Shown: positions 48,348 to 57,972 of the stretch, in pieces
Numbering within the stretch: the stretch's first letter is position 1
Layout: every line of letters starts with the position of its first letter
Assembly (NCBI GenBank): GCA_046483985.1
Contig: JAWOCD010000031.1
Coordinates: 44,571 to 108,570 of the forward strand
Source: Promethearchaeia archaeon
GTDB lineage: Archaea > Asgardarchaeota > Lokiarchaeia > Sigyniarchaeales > SOKP01
Length of the DNA stretch: 64,000 bases
Direction of reading: 5' to 3'
The notes under the pieces: model-generated
What the model was told of the DNA's origin: nothing
Databases searched by the model: none
Seen by the model: only the letters and a program-made list of their open reading frames with translations
Position numbers and translations under genes: made by a program

Positions 48348-48543
48348 TTCACTCCTTTTTGTCCTTTATTTCTTATTTCTCCTTTCTTGATCAATAAATC
48401 ATGACATGAACAGCTTTTATTTTTTAGAGAAAAGTTATAATTAATATTATTGATTAAATAAAACCATTCCAACTTGCAAGGTTTTAAAACCTAATCTAAT
48501 ATTTGCAAGTTAATTAACCGAATTATGAAGTAAATTTATCTAT

Positions 48544-48891
48544 ATGTCTTGGGATCTGAGAAAAATAAAGGGAATAGGGCCAGTTATGGCAGACAAGCTG
48601 AATGAAGCTGGAATCAAAAGTATAGAGCAGTTGGCAGAATCCAGTATCCAAGTTTTAGCATCTGTAAATGGGATCGGAAAATATTCGGCTGAAAAATTGA
48701 AAAAAAACGCCAAACATTTATTAATGCTGGAAAATGGGCTTATAATCGCCTTAGATTCTATAAAAAAAGAATTTCAAAAAAAATGTCCAAAATGCGGGGG
48801 AAAAATGAAATCAAAATTTATTATTATTTCCCCGGAGAAACGTATGCATGTTAATCAATGCACAGTTTGCAAATTTTATATGCCAAAATGA
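48544..48891 (+). CDS. Helix-hairpin-helix protein with C-terminal Zn ribbon
   Basis: 'IKGIGP', 'VNGIGK', 'CPKCG...CTVC'. Confidence 0.78.
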   Translation: MSWDLRKIKGIGPVMADKLNEAGIKSIEQLAESSIQVLASVNGIGKYSAEKLKKNAKHLLMLENGLIIALDSIKKEFQKKCPKCGGKMKSKFIIISPEKRMHVNQCTVCKFYMPK

Positions 48892-48917
48892 ATTAACGTT
48901 ATAAGAAAGTCTTTTCC

Positions 48918-49679
48918 TTACTCATTTTTCAGTTTTTTCATCAATTGAGTAAAGATCTCACCGGATTTTCCTTTTACAAATATGTCAGCGATATCATCCA
49001 TTGCTGTGCTGTCTTTATTTATAAATATTATCTCCGCTCCGTATTCTTTAGCAAGGCCAGGCAAAAAATTAGCGGGTGACACTTCTAAAGAACTTCCAAC
49101 CATTAAAAAGCAATCACAATCTCTTACTGAAGCAACTGCATTATTCAGTATCCCTGGCGGGAGATTTTCGCCAAACAAAATAACTTTTGGTTTAATAAAT
49201 CCACTGCATTCACATACGGGATACTCCTCAGATTGAGTATCCACTTCATCTAAATCATACTCGCGGTCACACCGGACACATTCTAATTTTCCATAAGAGC
49301 CATGCAATTCATAAATGGGAATGTCTTCATGGGAACTGCTTCCAGCTCGTTGATGTAACATATCAACATTTTGAGTAATGATTGCCTTGACTTTACCCAT
49401 CTTTTCCAATTCGGCAATCGCATAGTGAGTTGGATTCGGTTCAGCTTCGATCAAAGTTTTTTCCAGATCTCGATGCATCTCCCAAAACTTTGTAGGGTCT
49501 TTAAGGAATAATTGATAATTGGCATGGACAGCAGGATCATATCGACTCCATAATCCACCTTCAGAACGGAAATCCGCAATACCTGATTCTGTGGATGCTC
49601 CTGCACCGGTAAAAACTACAATATCATCGGAATTTTGGATAATTTCCGCAGCTTCTGATAATTTTTTTTGCTCGATCAT
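48918..49679 (-). CDS. cobB: Sir2-family NAD-dependent protein deacylase
   Basis: 'TGAGASTESGIADFRS', 'TQNVD', 'ELHGS', 'KPKVILFGE', 'GSSLEVSPA'. Confidence 0.92.
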   Translation of the reverse strand: MIEQKKLSEAAEIIQNSDDIVVFTGAGASTESGIADFRSEGGLWSRYDPAVHANYQLFLKDPTKFWEMHRDLEKTLIEAEPNPTHYAIAELEKMGKVKAIITQNVDMLHQRAGSSSHEDIPIYELHGSYGKLECVRCDREYDLDEVDTQSEEYPVCECSGFIKPKVILFGENLPPGILNNAVASVRDCDCFLMVGSSLEVSPANFLPGLAKEYGAEIIFINKDSTAMDDIADIFVKGKSGEIFTQLMKKLKNE

Positions 49680-49742
49680 CTTACTTACATAAAGGGAAAA
49701 TTCAAATTTAAATTCAATATTTCAAAAGAAAAAGCATGTTGA

Positions 49743-50423
49743 TTAAAAATTATAATATTTTCCTATATCTTCATACGTATATTTACCATAGGTAACCGAG
49801 TCGACATTTTTTAGAAAACTATTGTACATCTTCCACGTGAATTTGATTTTCTTTTGACTTTGGTAAATTTTCAGCCATTTAAACAGATTCTTTCTTTTTT
49901 CCTCATCAATTGAATAGGAAAACTGTTGTTCCTCAGAATCGCTTTTAAACTGGCCGTAGGTGGCGATAAAATAGACAAAATATTCGATATCCTTTAATTC
50001 CAACTCTTTTGCCGCCTTAACTCCAATATCGTGGGTTGCTTGATGGTCTTCGTGTCCATTACTATCACTGGGTAAAACAAGTCTATCGACATCCTCTAAT
50101 AGCGGTTTGACCTTCTGTACCGCATCGTCCACATACTTTTGTCCTTCCGCATCATGAAATTTTAAAAGATGATGATTTTCGGAGGGAAGCCCCAAAAAGT
50201 CAATGGCTTGCTTCGCTTCATTTATCCGCATATCTGCCACCTCATCTTCCGTCATGTTTTGAGCCTCTTCATTTAGGACATCTTTTGCTAAGCGATAACA
50301 AGCTCTGCCGTCTGTGACCGTGATTACATGGATTTCATAGTCTTCATTTATCCAATCGAGTAAAAGAGGACCTGGGCCAAACAACAAATCGTCCGGATGG
50401 GGTTCAAGAATTATTATTTTCAT
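49743..50423 (-). CDS. PIG-L/LmbE family deacetylase
   Basis: 'EPHPDD', 'TDG', 'R..EA', 'HEDH', 'YQSQ'. Confidence 0.85.
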   Translation of the reverse strand: MKIIILEPHPDDLLFGPGPLLLDWINEDYEIHVITVTDGRACYRLAKDVLNEEAQNMTEDEVADMRINEAKQAIDFLGLPSENHHLLKFHDAEGQKYVDDAVQKVKPLLEDVDRLVLPSDSNGHEDHQATHDIGVKAAKELELKDIEYFVYFIATYGQFKSDSEEQQFSYSIDEEKRKNLFKWLKIYQSQKKIKFTWKMYNSFLKNVDSVTYGKYTYEDIGKYYNF

Positions 50424-50489
50424 TTTTTATCATTTTAAATTTAATTGATATTTTTCAATATAAAAGATGGAAAAGAATGCTTTTTTAAG

Positions 50490-51185
50490 TTATTTCTTAT
50501 CCATTTGATATCCACATCGTGGGCACACTAACTTTCCAAAACCGATTTTATAATTGTTTAATCCAGTCATTACTTCATTACAAATGGGACAACGAGGTTT
50601 AAAGGTGGGAAACCATTCTCCTTTCACATTTGGCATTGCCTTTAATCGCTGAGACATCTTCATCTTTTGTAACGTGTCCCTATCGAGTTTAAAGAGATCA
50701 TGCTCATGCTCTTCCATAATAGACTTACCTTTTGGAGCAAGAACCGTAACAAATCTCATTTTCGACGGTGTTTGTAGAAGATTTAAAATTCGCTGGATGG
50801 CTCCCCTCTTATGCTGCTGAAATAATTTGGCCAATTCAGGAGGGGCAAGGGCCACCAGAATGCCTTGAGATATTCCTTGCTTTTTTTTATTCTGAAAGAG
50901 AAGCTGATATAATCGTCCATTCTTATCAACCCCCCAGATAAAATTCCACATCGTGATATCATAATCTTCCCCTTGCGGACCCACAATCCTCCGAATTGTC
51001 CGATACCAAGAATATTCTTTATTATTATAGATTTTCGAAACAATATCGTCGAAAAAAGAGGCTTCTATGACCGGGTATGTTTTAAATACTCGTTTTATGC
51101 TCAATAATTTGACTTCTGAGAGTTTATCCTTGGTATGTGTTTCCCACGGAGTAAGGGTATATAGTGAAAAAAATCTATTCATCAT
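50490..51185 (-). CDS. Hypothetical protein with C-terminal Zn ribbon
   Basis: 'CPICN...CPRCGY'. Confidence 0.7.
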   Translation of the reverse strand: MMNRFFSLYTLTPWETHTKDKLSEVKLLSIKRVFKTYPVIEASFFDDIVSKIYNNKEYSWYRTIRRIVGPQGEDYDITMWNFIWGVDKNGRLYQLLFQNKKKQGISQGILVALAPPELAKLFQQHKRGAIQRILNLLQTPSKMRFVTVLAPKGKSIMEEHEHDLFKLDRDTLQKMKMSQRLKAMPNVKGEWFPTFKPRCPICNEVMTGLNNYKIGFGKLVCPRCGYQMDKK

Positions 51186-51330
51186 TTATTAAAAACCATC
51201 AACCAATAATAAATCTAAGTTTATAGATTGCGCAAAATTTGTAAAGATTATGGGTATAATTTATTTTAAGTTTCCCATCTTTTAAAATTGAAGAAAAATG
51301 AATAATTTTATAATAAAAAAAGAAGAAAAA

Positions 51331-52590
51331 TTAAATTTTAGTTAATTTTGATAAATCTCCTTCAATTGTTGCATCTAAAATCGGTCCAATGACCTCCTCT
51401 ACCTTATCTAATGGGACTGGATTGGGCATGGCTTCCAGTTTCATCTTATTTTCTGCCGCATCATTTATTGCTTTTTCTCTATATTCTGGTTTCCATCCTT
51501 TTAGCTCGCTTATTTTAATCGGAAATGCCATATCTTGATACCAATCAAGCATTGCTTGAGCAACATTCATCCCAATATTCTCGCCCTTTTCTACATCAAG
51601 CATATCGGCAATGGGTTCGAGCTTTTCCATAACTTTGGGATCCTTCCCATAGTACGCAATATAATAGGGCATCATAATCCCAGTAGATTTTCCATGGGGT
51701 ATCGTTTCGGCCCAAGAAAATGAATTCATATGCGGCCCAGCCGTTCCCTTGAAGCGTTCTCCGCCAATGACGGTTCCTCCTAAAAGAGATGCAATTGACA
51801 TCATTTTTCGGGCGGTATAATTTTCCAGATCTTCGGCCGCAGTCTTTAGCCAGCGAAATACCAGTTCTAAAGACAATAAAGCGCGTTCATTAATGTCTTC
51901 ATTACCCGGGTCTTGAACCATATTCAAATACCCTTCCATAGAATGGGTCAAAGTATCAAGACCGACCGTGACCGTTAAATCCTTTGGACATGACATCGTT
52001 AATGTGGGATCCACAATTGCATAGTGCGGATGCATTGAAATATCAGAGATTAATTTCTTTAGCCCTTTTTCTGGAAGTGTCACGTTCGAATAACGGGTTA
52101 CTTCCGAAGAGGTCCCCGAAGTGGTGGGGATACAAATACATGGTGAAATTCTATCGAGTTTTTCACTTGCCTTTCCGACCCCAAAATAGGGAGAGATATC
52201 ATCCTCTCCCAACGTCGTCAAGATCAATGCTGCTTTGGCCGCATCCATCGTACTACCTCCTCCGAGTGCAATAGTCACGTCATAGTTGCCTTTATTAAAG
52301 CTAGCTGCAATATCTTCTACGGTTTGTTTGGATGGATTTGGCTCGACACCTTCATAAAGATCATGATTCATGCCCGCCTCTTCAAGCGATTCTTGTAACG
52401 TATCCAGATAACCGAACTTTTTTACGGACCCTTGGCCTATTACAATGAATGCAGAATCTCCAAATTCACCTGCATACTTTCCAGTTTCTTCTAACTTATT
52501 TTTTCCAAAAACAATTTCAGTGCGTGGCCATTCCTCAAATATCTCAAATGCTTTTTTCTGTATCTTTTTATCTCGTTTTGATAGTTCCAT
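51331..52590 (-). CDS. Iron-containing alcohol dehydrogenase
   Basis: 'GVEPNP', 'LGGGSTMDAAK', 'IPTTSGTSSEVT', 'DTLTHSMEGY'. Confidence 0.9.
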   Translation of the reverse strand: MELSKRDKKIQKKAFEIFEEWPRTEIVFGKNKLEETGKYAGEFGDSAFIVIGQGSVKKFGYLDTLQESLEEAGMNHDLYEGVEPNPSKQTVEDIAASFNKGNYDVTIALGGGSTMDAAKAALILTTLGEDDISPYFGVGKASEKLDRISPCICIPTTSGTSSEVTRYSNVTLPEKGLKKLISDISMHPHYAIVDPTLTMSCPKDLTVTVGLDTLTHSMEGYLNMVQDPGNEDINERALLSLELVFRWLKTAAEDLENYTARKMMSIASLLGGTVIGGERFKGTAGPHMNSFSWAETIPHGKSTGIMMPYYIAYYGKDPKVMEKLEPIADMLDVEKGENIGMNVAQAMLDWYQDMAFPIKISELKGWKPEYREKAINDAAENKMKLEAMPNPVPLDKVEEVIGPILDATIEGDLSKLTKI

Positions 52591-52722
52591 TTTTTTAAAA
52601 ACACCCTATATTTCTCAATATAGAACTATTTAAGATAGAAAAAAAAGATTTAGGTTTAACTAATAGCCCATAGAATAGGAGAAAAATATGAAAAGAGAAG
52701 AAGAAATCTCTGTGAACTTGCC

Positions 52723-52979
52723 TTAAGTTTTTATTTCCTTTAATTTACGGGAAAGAAAAAATAGATCTGCTCCAAAAATACCATTCATAACAGGAGCACT
52801 AAGAATTAACAAACGAGAAATTGGAGTGGCTCCAATGGCTAAAATTCCATAGGCGATGCACGATGTGAGCATATACATACGGAAAGAATGTCGCGCAGCC
52901 CCCCCAATATAATATCAACGATCACCAGTAATCCACAGATTAGCCTACTTTCTCTAATGGTAAAAACTTTTTTCTCCAT
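52723..52979 (-). pseudogene. Frameshifted/internally deleted membrane protein remnant
   Basis: MEKKVFTIRESRLICGLLVIVDIILGGCATFFPYVYAH.. continues in another frame as IAYGILAIGATPISRLLILSAPVMNGIFGADLFFLSRKLKEIKT*. Confidence 0.45.
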
Positions 52980-53094
52980 AGACCTAGTAAAGCCTAAACC
53001 ATTTTAAATATTTAGAACTAATAGAGTAAATTTTAATTTTTTAAATTTTTACTCATTTTTAAGTTTCTACTATTAATTATCCAGTGTATATCTA

Positions 53095-54794
53095 TTCTAT
53101 AGAGCATTAAGTTTTGTCGCTTCTATAATCTTATATTCTTAAAGATTTTAAAGCCCGCATTCTCGGCCAATTTTGGCATTATTAATTGGAAATTTAAATA
53201 TTTCGAGGATTGAAATGCGCTTGGTTTCATGACTAAGTCAGAGCGCCCGAGCTTATATGCCGTTAGCGCCTTTAAGAGTTCTAAAATATAGATGCTCGCT
53301 TGATGTTTAATGGCGGCATCGATGCCGCGGGTATTCATACGCCCCGCGTTGTAATATGTGTGATTATATGAATTTCCCTGCTCAATCATGGGGCGAAAGT
53401 TATAAATAAACAGAAAAAACTCCTCGGACCACTCGGGAGGGATAAAATCGGTATTAAAGTAATATCCCTTCTTTAATTCTTTAACAGGCTGAGTTTTTAT
53501 GTTACTTCTGGCACGAATGACCGGGAGCATATTTCTAAACTTCACATGCTGTAAATTATTTAGCGAATAAGGACCGGTATCCGAGATGATTAACTGCCAC
53601 TCCTCTTTTGTTTGGGATAAAAATCCATCCACCGTCTTTTTAAACGCCTCGTGATCACTTCGATTTCCGGGAAACATCTTAAAATAGATGGGAAACCACC
53701 GGTCCCGACAATATGCATATAATATACCCGGGTCATACCCAACTCCTTTCTTTTTCCCGTTATGCCGACAATAGCCTGCATCGGGATCATTATACTCATC
53801 TATCTCCTCATTTTTGTTATTATTACAGTTAGAACGGATAAATTGCCCGTCCCAAATTAGAATTCTGGGAACAATTATTCCCAACTCAATGCATTCCTTT
53901 ACAAGTAGTCGGAAAAAGTTAAACACTTTGTCTGCGGGAAGTTTATTCATTACAAAACTTATATCGGCAGCCGTGGGAATTGATTCGGGATCGTTTGTCA
54001 CACTAAATAAGGGAGGCATAATTAATAACCGACTCATCTTTTCTATTCCGCTGTAATCCTTAAACCCCAAATTTATGCGAAGTAGATTATAGAGAAAGAT
54101 ATCCTTTACCGAGAGCTGCTTAAAATAGACACCCTTTGCCTCCAGCTGTGCTTGTAGCTCGTCAAAAAAGGTTAAATCGTTTAATTCGAAAATATTCTCA
54201 AAAAAGCCCTTAAACCCGGATAGATACCGGTGCATATCCCATTCTTTTCTTGAAATTATGTGTTCTGCATATTCGCGATATCTTGGGATTTTGACCTTCG
54301 GAAATCGATAAAGATACTTCCCCTTTAATGTTGGAATCCAGTCTACGAAATCATCAAGCGTTAATTGCCTGTATTGGGAATCATCTGCATCGTCGTCAAC
54401 TTGTCGCTTATTATAGGGTCTTACGGGAGCCCAGGGGAATTTTTTTCTCACCTCATGCCGAACGCCTTTTTCCCATGTTTTATAGATCTCCACTCGATCC
54501 TTACCCATGAAGTCTACAATATGTTTCTGATGGATATTCTTTTTTCTTTTATATAGAATATGAATCAATTCTTATCAACTGCATAGATCATTTAATCTCA
54601 TTAATTTACCATTCCTTTTAACAATAATGGTTAATTTGGATAATCCTTTTTGGAGAAAAACTGGATAAGTAATCATTTATAACTAAAAATGCTCTCATTA
54701 CGTTCAACATGAGGATTGGACCATCCACATAAAGATGAGGGATGAAAATAACTGCACTTCCAGAGGCGTCGACAAAATTTGATCTTATATAGAA
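53095..54794 (-). mobile_element. Insertion sequence (~1.7 kb) with imperfect terminal inverted repeats
   Basis: ttctatagagcattaagttttgtcg at the left matches the reverse complement of the right end (ttctatataagatcaaattttgtcg) at 20/25; encloses a DDE transposase. Confidence 0.65.
53123..54568 (-). CDS. DDE transposase (IS4 superfamily, IS5/IS1182-like)
   Basis: 'ILIWDGQFI', 'DPDAGY', 'IISDTGPYS', 'YNFRPMIEQGN' (YREK-like). Confidence 0.82.
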   Translation of the reverse strand: MIHILYKRKKNIHQKHIVDFMGKDRVEIYKTWEKGVRHEVRKKFPWAPVRPYNKRQVDDDADDSQYRQLTLDDFVDWIPTLKGKYLYRFPKVKIPRYREYAEHIISRKEWDMHRYLSGFKGFFENIFELNDLTFFDELQAQLEAKGVYFKQLSVKDIFLYNLLRINLGFKDYSGIEKMSRLLIMPPLFSVTNDPESIPTAADISFVMNKLPADKVFNFFRLLVKECIELGIIVPRILIWDGQFIRSNCNNNKNEEIDEYNDPDAGYCRHNGKKKGVGYDPGILYAYCRDRWFPIYFKMFPGNRSDHEAFKKTVDGFLSQTKEEWQLIISDTGPYSLNNLQHVKFRNMLPVIRARSNIKTQPVKELKKGYYFNTDFIPPEWSEEFFLFIYNFRPMIEQGNSYNHTYYNAGRMNTRGIDAAIKHQASIYILELLKALTAYKLGRSDLVMKPSAFQSSKYLNFQLIMPKLAENAGFKIFKNIRL

Positions 54795-54918
54795 AACATA
54801 TTTTATGAGTAAATAATTTAAGGAAATGAAAAAGAAGTAAAATTATAAAAATTTAAAATTTACTCAATAAAAAAGAAAATTCATTAAGACAAAAAAAAAA
54901 TTAAAGAAAGTAAAGAAA

Positions 54919-56322
54919 TTATGGTTTGACAACTTTTTCGCAGACGTTGTCGATTTTTTCGATAGTCTCGTCAATGATTTCGTCGGTATGTTGAATACAT
55001 GTGTAGAACCGAGAACCTGCAACTGAAATAATCTCTTGATCCACAAGAGCAGCTCCCATTTTTTCCATAAATTCCTTTCGATTCTTGATCTGAGGTGCCT
55101 GCTTCGGATCAGTAATATCAATTCCAAACACGCATGAGGTGTGGAAATGAACCGTTGCGTTATAGTTATAGGAGAACCATGGTAATTCATGTTTCTTGAA
55201 TACTTCATTCATACCTTCAGAAAGTCTTGTCGCTGCTTTTCCTGCCACTTCTGTTGCATTTGTTTCTTCCACTAATTTAATTGCATGATAGGCTGCTGCA
55301 CATGTTAAAGGATTAGCCGCTAATGTCCCTCCGCAATATGCCCGTTTCATACCACCACCTACCCCACCAGCTACAGTTGCTAAAACATCTGCACGACCTC
55401 CAATTGCTGCTGCAGAAGGATAGCCGTGTCCCACGATTTTGCCAAATACAGAAATATCCGGTTCATAGCCATAATATGCTTGTCCTCCACCGTCATGGAG
55501 GCGAAACGCACAGACTACTTCATCAGAGATAAGTAAAGCATCATTTTTATGACAGATCTCTTCCACTTGTTTATTAAATCCCGGTTTTACAGGGATTGCT
55601 CCCGACTCGCCACCCATAGGTTCTATGATCACTGCCGCAACTCTCTCTTCTTTAAAAATCTTTTCTATTGCCTCTATATCATTCGGAGGGACGGCATGCA
55701 TATATTTAAAGCATGGTTTAGGAATTCCGTGAGATTCCATTCTTCCTGTTCCTGGAATATGGAGATCATATACAAGTTGGTCTGACCATCCATGATAACT
55801 GCCACCAATTTTTATTACATGTTTATTACCAGTAAATACCCGTGCAACACGGAGTGCAAGCATATCTGCTTCAGTTCCACTTTGAAGCCATCGAATACGT
55901 TCACAAGATGGAAAATGCTTTTGTAGTTGTTCAGCGGCTAAATATTCATATTTATTCGTAATTCCATGGCAAGAACCTAATTCTTCAATCACTTGTGTCA
56001 CCTTTTCAGTCAAGGGCTCGTAATTATGGCCCAAGATGATAGGTCCTCCATCCATAAGATAATCTGTAAGAACAACATCGTCAATTGTTTCCATATAACA
56101 ATCCCAGACTCTTTTGCTCTCCAAGGGAAATGGAAAATTAAATGCGAGGTTATGTTCTACACCAGCAGGAATAATGTTTCGTGCTCTTTCAAACGCTTCC
56201 TTAGATTTCTTATGATTTTTTTCGTAACGCTCTACAATTGCTTCTAATTCACTTTTTTTGAATTTTGGAGGGGGTGCCGCAAGAATTTCCTCCACATTTG
56301 CCATCTTTTCTTCGTAATCCAT
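54919..56322 (-). CDS. Class III PLP aminotransferase (glutamate-1-semialdehyde aminomutase-like, probably not true HemL)
   Basis: 'GPIILGH', 'SGTEA', 'GSYHGW', 'LISDEV', 'FGKIVGHGYP', 'GGTLAANP'. Confidence 0.85.
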   Translation of the reverse strand: MDYEEKMANVEEILAAPPPKFKKSELEAIVERYEKNHKKSKEAFERARNIIPAGVEHNLAFNFPFPLESKRVWDCYMETIDDVVLTDYLMDGGPIILGHNYEPLTEKVTQVIEELGSCHGITNKYEYLAAEQLQKHFPSCERIRWLQSGTEADMLALRVARVFTGNKHVIKIGGSYHGWSDQLVYDLHIPGTGRMESHGIPKPCFKYMHAVPPNDIEAIEKIFKEERVAAVIIEPMGGESGAIPVKPGFNKQVEEICHKNDALLISDEVVCAFRLHDGGGQAYYGYEPDISVFGKIVGHGYPSAAAIGGRADVLATVAGGVGGGMKRAYCGGTLAANPLTCAAAYHAIKLVEETNATEVAGKAATRLSEGMNEVFKKHELPWFSYNYNATVHFHTSCVFGIDITDPKQAPQIKNRKEFMEKMGAALVDQEIISVAGSRFYTCIQHTDEIIDETIEKIDNVCEKVVKP

Positions 56323-56393
56323 TTTTTTTACACCAATTTTTAATTCTTATATACTTTTTTCTATTATTTAATTAAAGACAAAGACATTTAGTT

Positions 56394-57404
56394 TTATGAA
56401 TTCTTTCCAATACCAATAAGTAACCCTTGTTGTTTGTGGATATTAATCTCTCGTAAGTCGGCTTTTTCCATATCCTTTTTAAGATCTTCTTCAGTAAAGA
56501 TTCGATTTTTGAACGCCATATTATATAATTTTATCAATTCGTTCATGAAAAAGTTCTCGGTAGTGGGAATACTTGCTACAGTGACAAGAACAATAAGTCC
56601 TTCAGGTGTTGATACTCGTTTGATCTCATTTAAGATATCCATTCGCGAAAGTCCAAAAAATTTCGGATTCTGTTTATAGACCGGAACAATTGCCCCATCA
56701 AATTTATTCTTCGGCATTGTAATTTGCCGGTCAATCATTTCGGTGTACTTCACATCATTCAATTTTGCCTTGGTTTTTTCTTCATTTGGAAGATTTTTTG
56801 AAAGAATAAAGACTTCCTTCGCGAAGTTAGCCAATTGTTGTACAATGGAGAGAACTTCATATTCAGAAAACCAAATCGATAAGATTCGATTAAAATGCTT
56901 ATTTCCGATTTCTTTGAGAAACTGCTTAGAAAACTCCTCACGATATTCTTCAGAATCCATGATATTATTATTAATCAGAAATTTTAGGAGAAGTTTCGGG
57001 ATATACGGAGTGAATTTGGTCGGTTCAATTTTTGTTTTTTTCCCTTTTTCATTATCATCCAGCTTGAGTAAGCCCTTCTGTTCTAAGTTTCCCAAACTAT
57101 TGTAAAAACTGGATGAGAAATATTTATTCTCTTGCTCTACCGTTCTTCGAAACTTTTTTGCTTCTTCTGATGTCTCCTTTTGGAGATTGATATCGGCGTC
57201 TGATATATTTTCCTTAAATTCAATGAACTGTTTTACTTCCGTATAAAGGGTATGTCGGACGACCGGTTCTGCATATCTCATTAAAAATTCCAAGGCGATG
57301 ATTTCAGCAATTGAAAGATCTGAAAAATCTGAGATATTATGAGATGCAGCGTATTTCAAAAAGTCCTCGTGCTCATGAGTCACTTTGTTATCTGAAGAAT
57401 TCAT
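56394..57404 (-). CDS. Putative regulator: wHTH-like N-domain + degenerate SAM-methyltransferase-like domain
   Basis: 'SSSFYNSLGNLEQKGLL' (wHTH-like); 'ILNEIKRVSTPEGLIVLV' (MTase motif) without a GxG loop. Confidence 0.5.
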   Translation of the reverse strand: MNSSDNKVTHEHEDFLKYAASHNISDFSDLSIAEIIALEFLMRYAEPVVRHTLYTEVKQFIEFKENISDADINLQKETSEEAKKFRRTVEQENKYFSSSFYNSLGNLEQKGLLKLDDNEKGKKTKIEPTKFTPYIPKLLLKFLINNNIMDSEEYREEFSKQFLKEIGNKHFNRILSIWFSEYEVLSIVQQLANFAKEVFILSKNLPNEEKTKAKLNDVKYTEMIDRQITMPKNKFDGAIVPVYKQNPKFFGLSRMDILNEIKRVSTPEGLIVLVTVASIPTTENFFMNELIKLYNMAFKNRIFTEEDLKKDMEKADLREINIHKQQGLLIGIGKNS

Positions 57405-57480
57405 AAAATCGTCTTATAAAATTAAAATAAAGCATTTTAAATAAAGTCTTTTCAGATTTGAAATTTTTCAAAACACAATA

Positions 57481-57873
57481 TTGAAAGAAATAAAAAACAA
57501 AAAGATGTTGGACGTTCCTGATAATCGGCTTGTGTGGTTTCCCGAAAGCATTAGTAATCTTGCTAACCTTAAGAACTTGAATTTGTTCTTAAATCATGAT
57601 CTTGCCGAATTTTCACGCGCGCTCTGCAGACTCAAAAAGTTTGAGAGCCTTTCGGTTTCCGCTTCAAAAGTTAGATCAGTTCCCGACTGCATAGAGAAAA
57701 TGAAATCACTTAACTTTCTTAGGATTGGACAGACCAATATTACCGAGCTTTCCGAATCTCTCATAGATCTCGGTAATTTGTAAAAACTCATTATTAAAAA
57801 TCTGGAATTAGATTCAGCTTCGAGAAATCTAATCGAGGAGCTAAAAAAAAGAGGAATAAATGAAATAAGCTGA
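57481..57873 (+). pseudogene. LRR protein remnant with premature stop
   Basis: LRR repeats; in-frame TAA at 57781, after which the frame continues KLIIKNLELDSASRNLIEELKKRGINEIS*. Confidence 0.7.
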
Positions 57874-57972
57874 TTAATTGTGATAAGTAGTAGGATACAA
57901 TTTAAAGGAAAAACATTTTTTAATTTAAAATAAACATAATAAAAAAAAATTTGTTAAATTAGTCAGATTAGG

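Noticed and set aside
54919-56322. hemL assignment
   Set aside because: The fold fits, but there are no tetrapyrrole genes nearby, it has an N-terminal extension, and its context is catabolic.
57781-57783. Stop-codon readthrough (Sec/Pyl) in the short LRR ORF
   Set aside because: The stop is TAA, not TGA or TAG, and the gene also appears 5'-truncated; a pseudogene is the simpler explanation.
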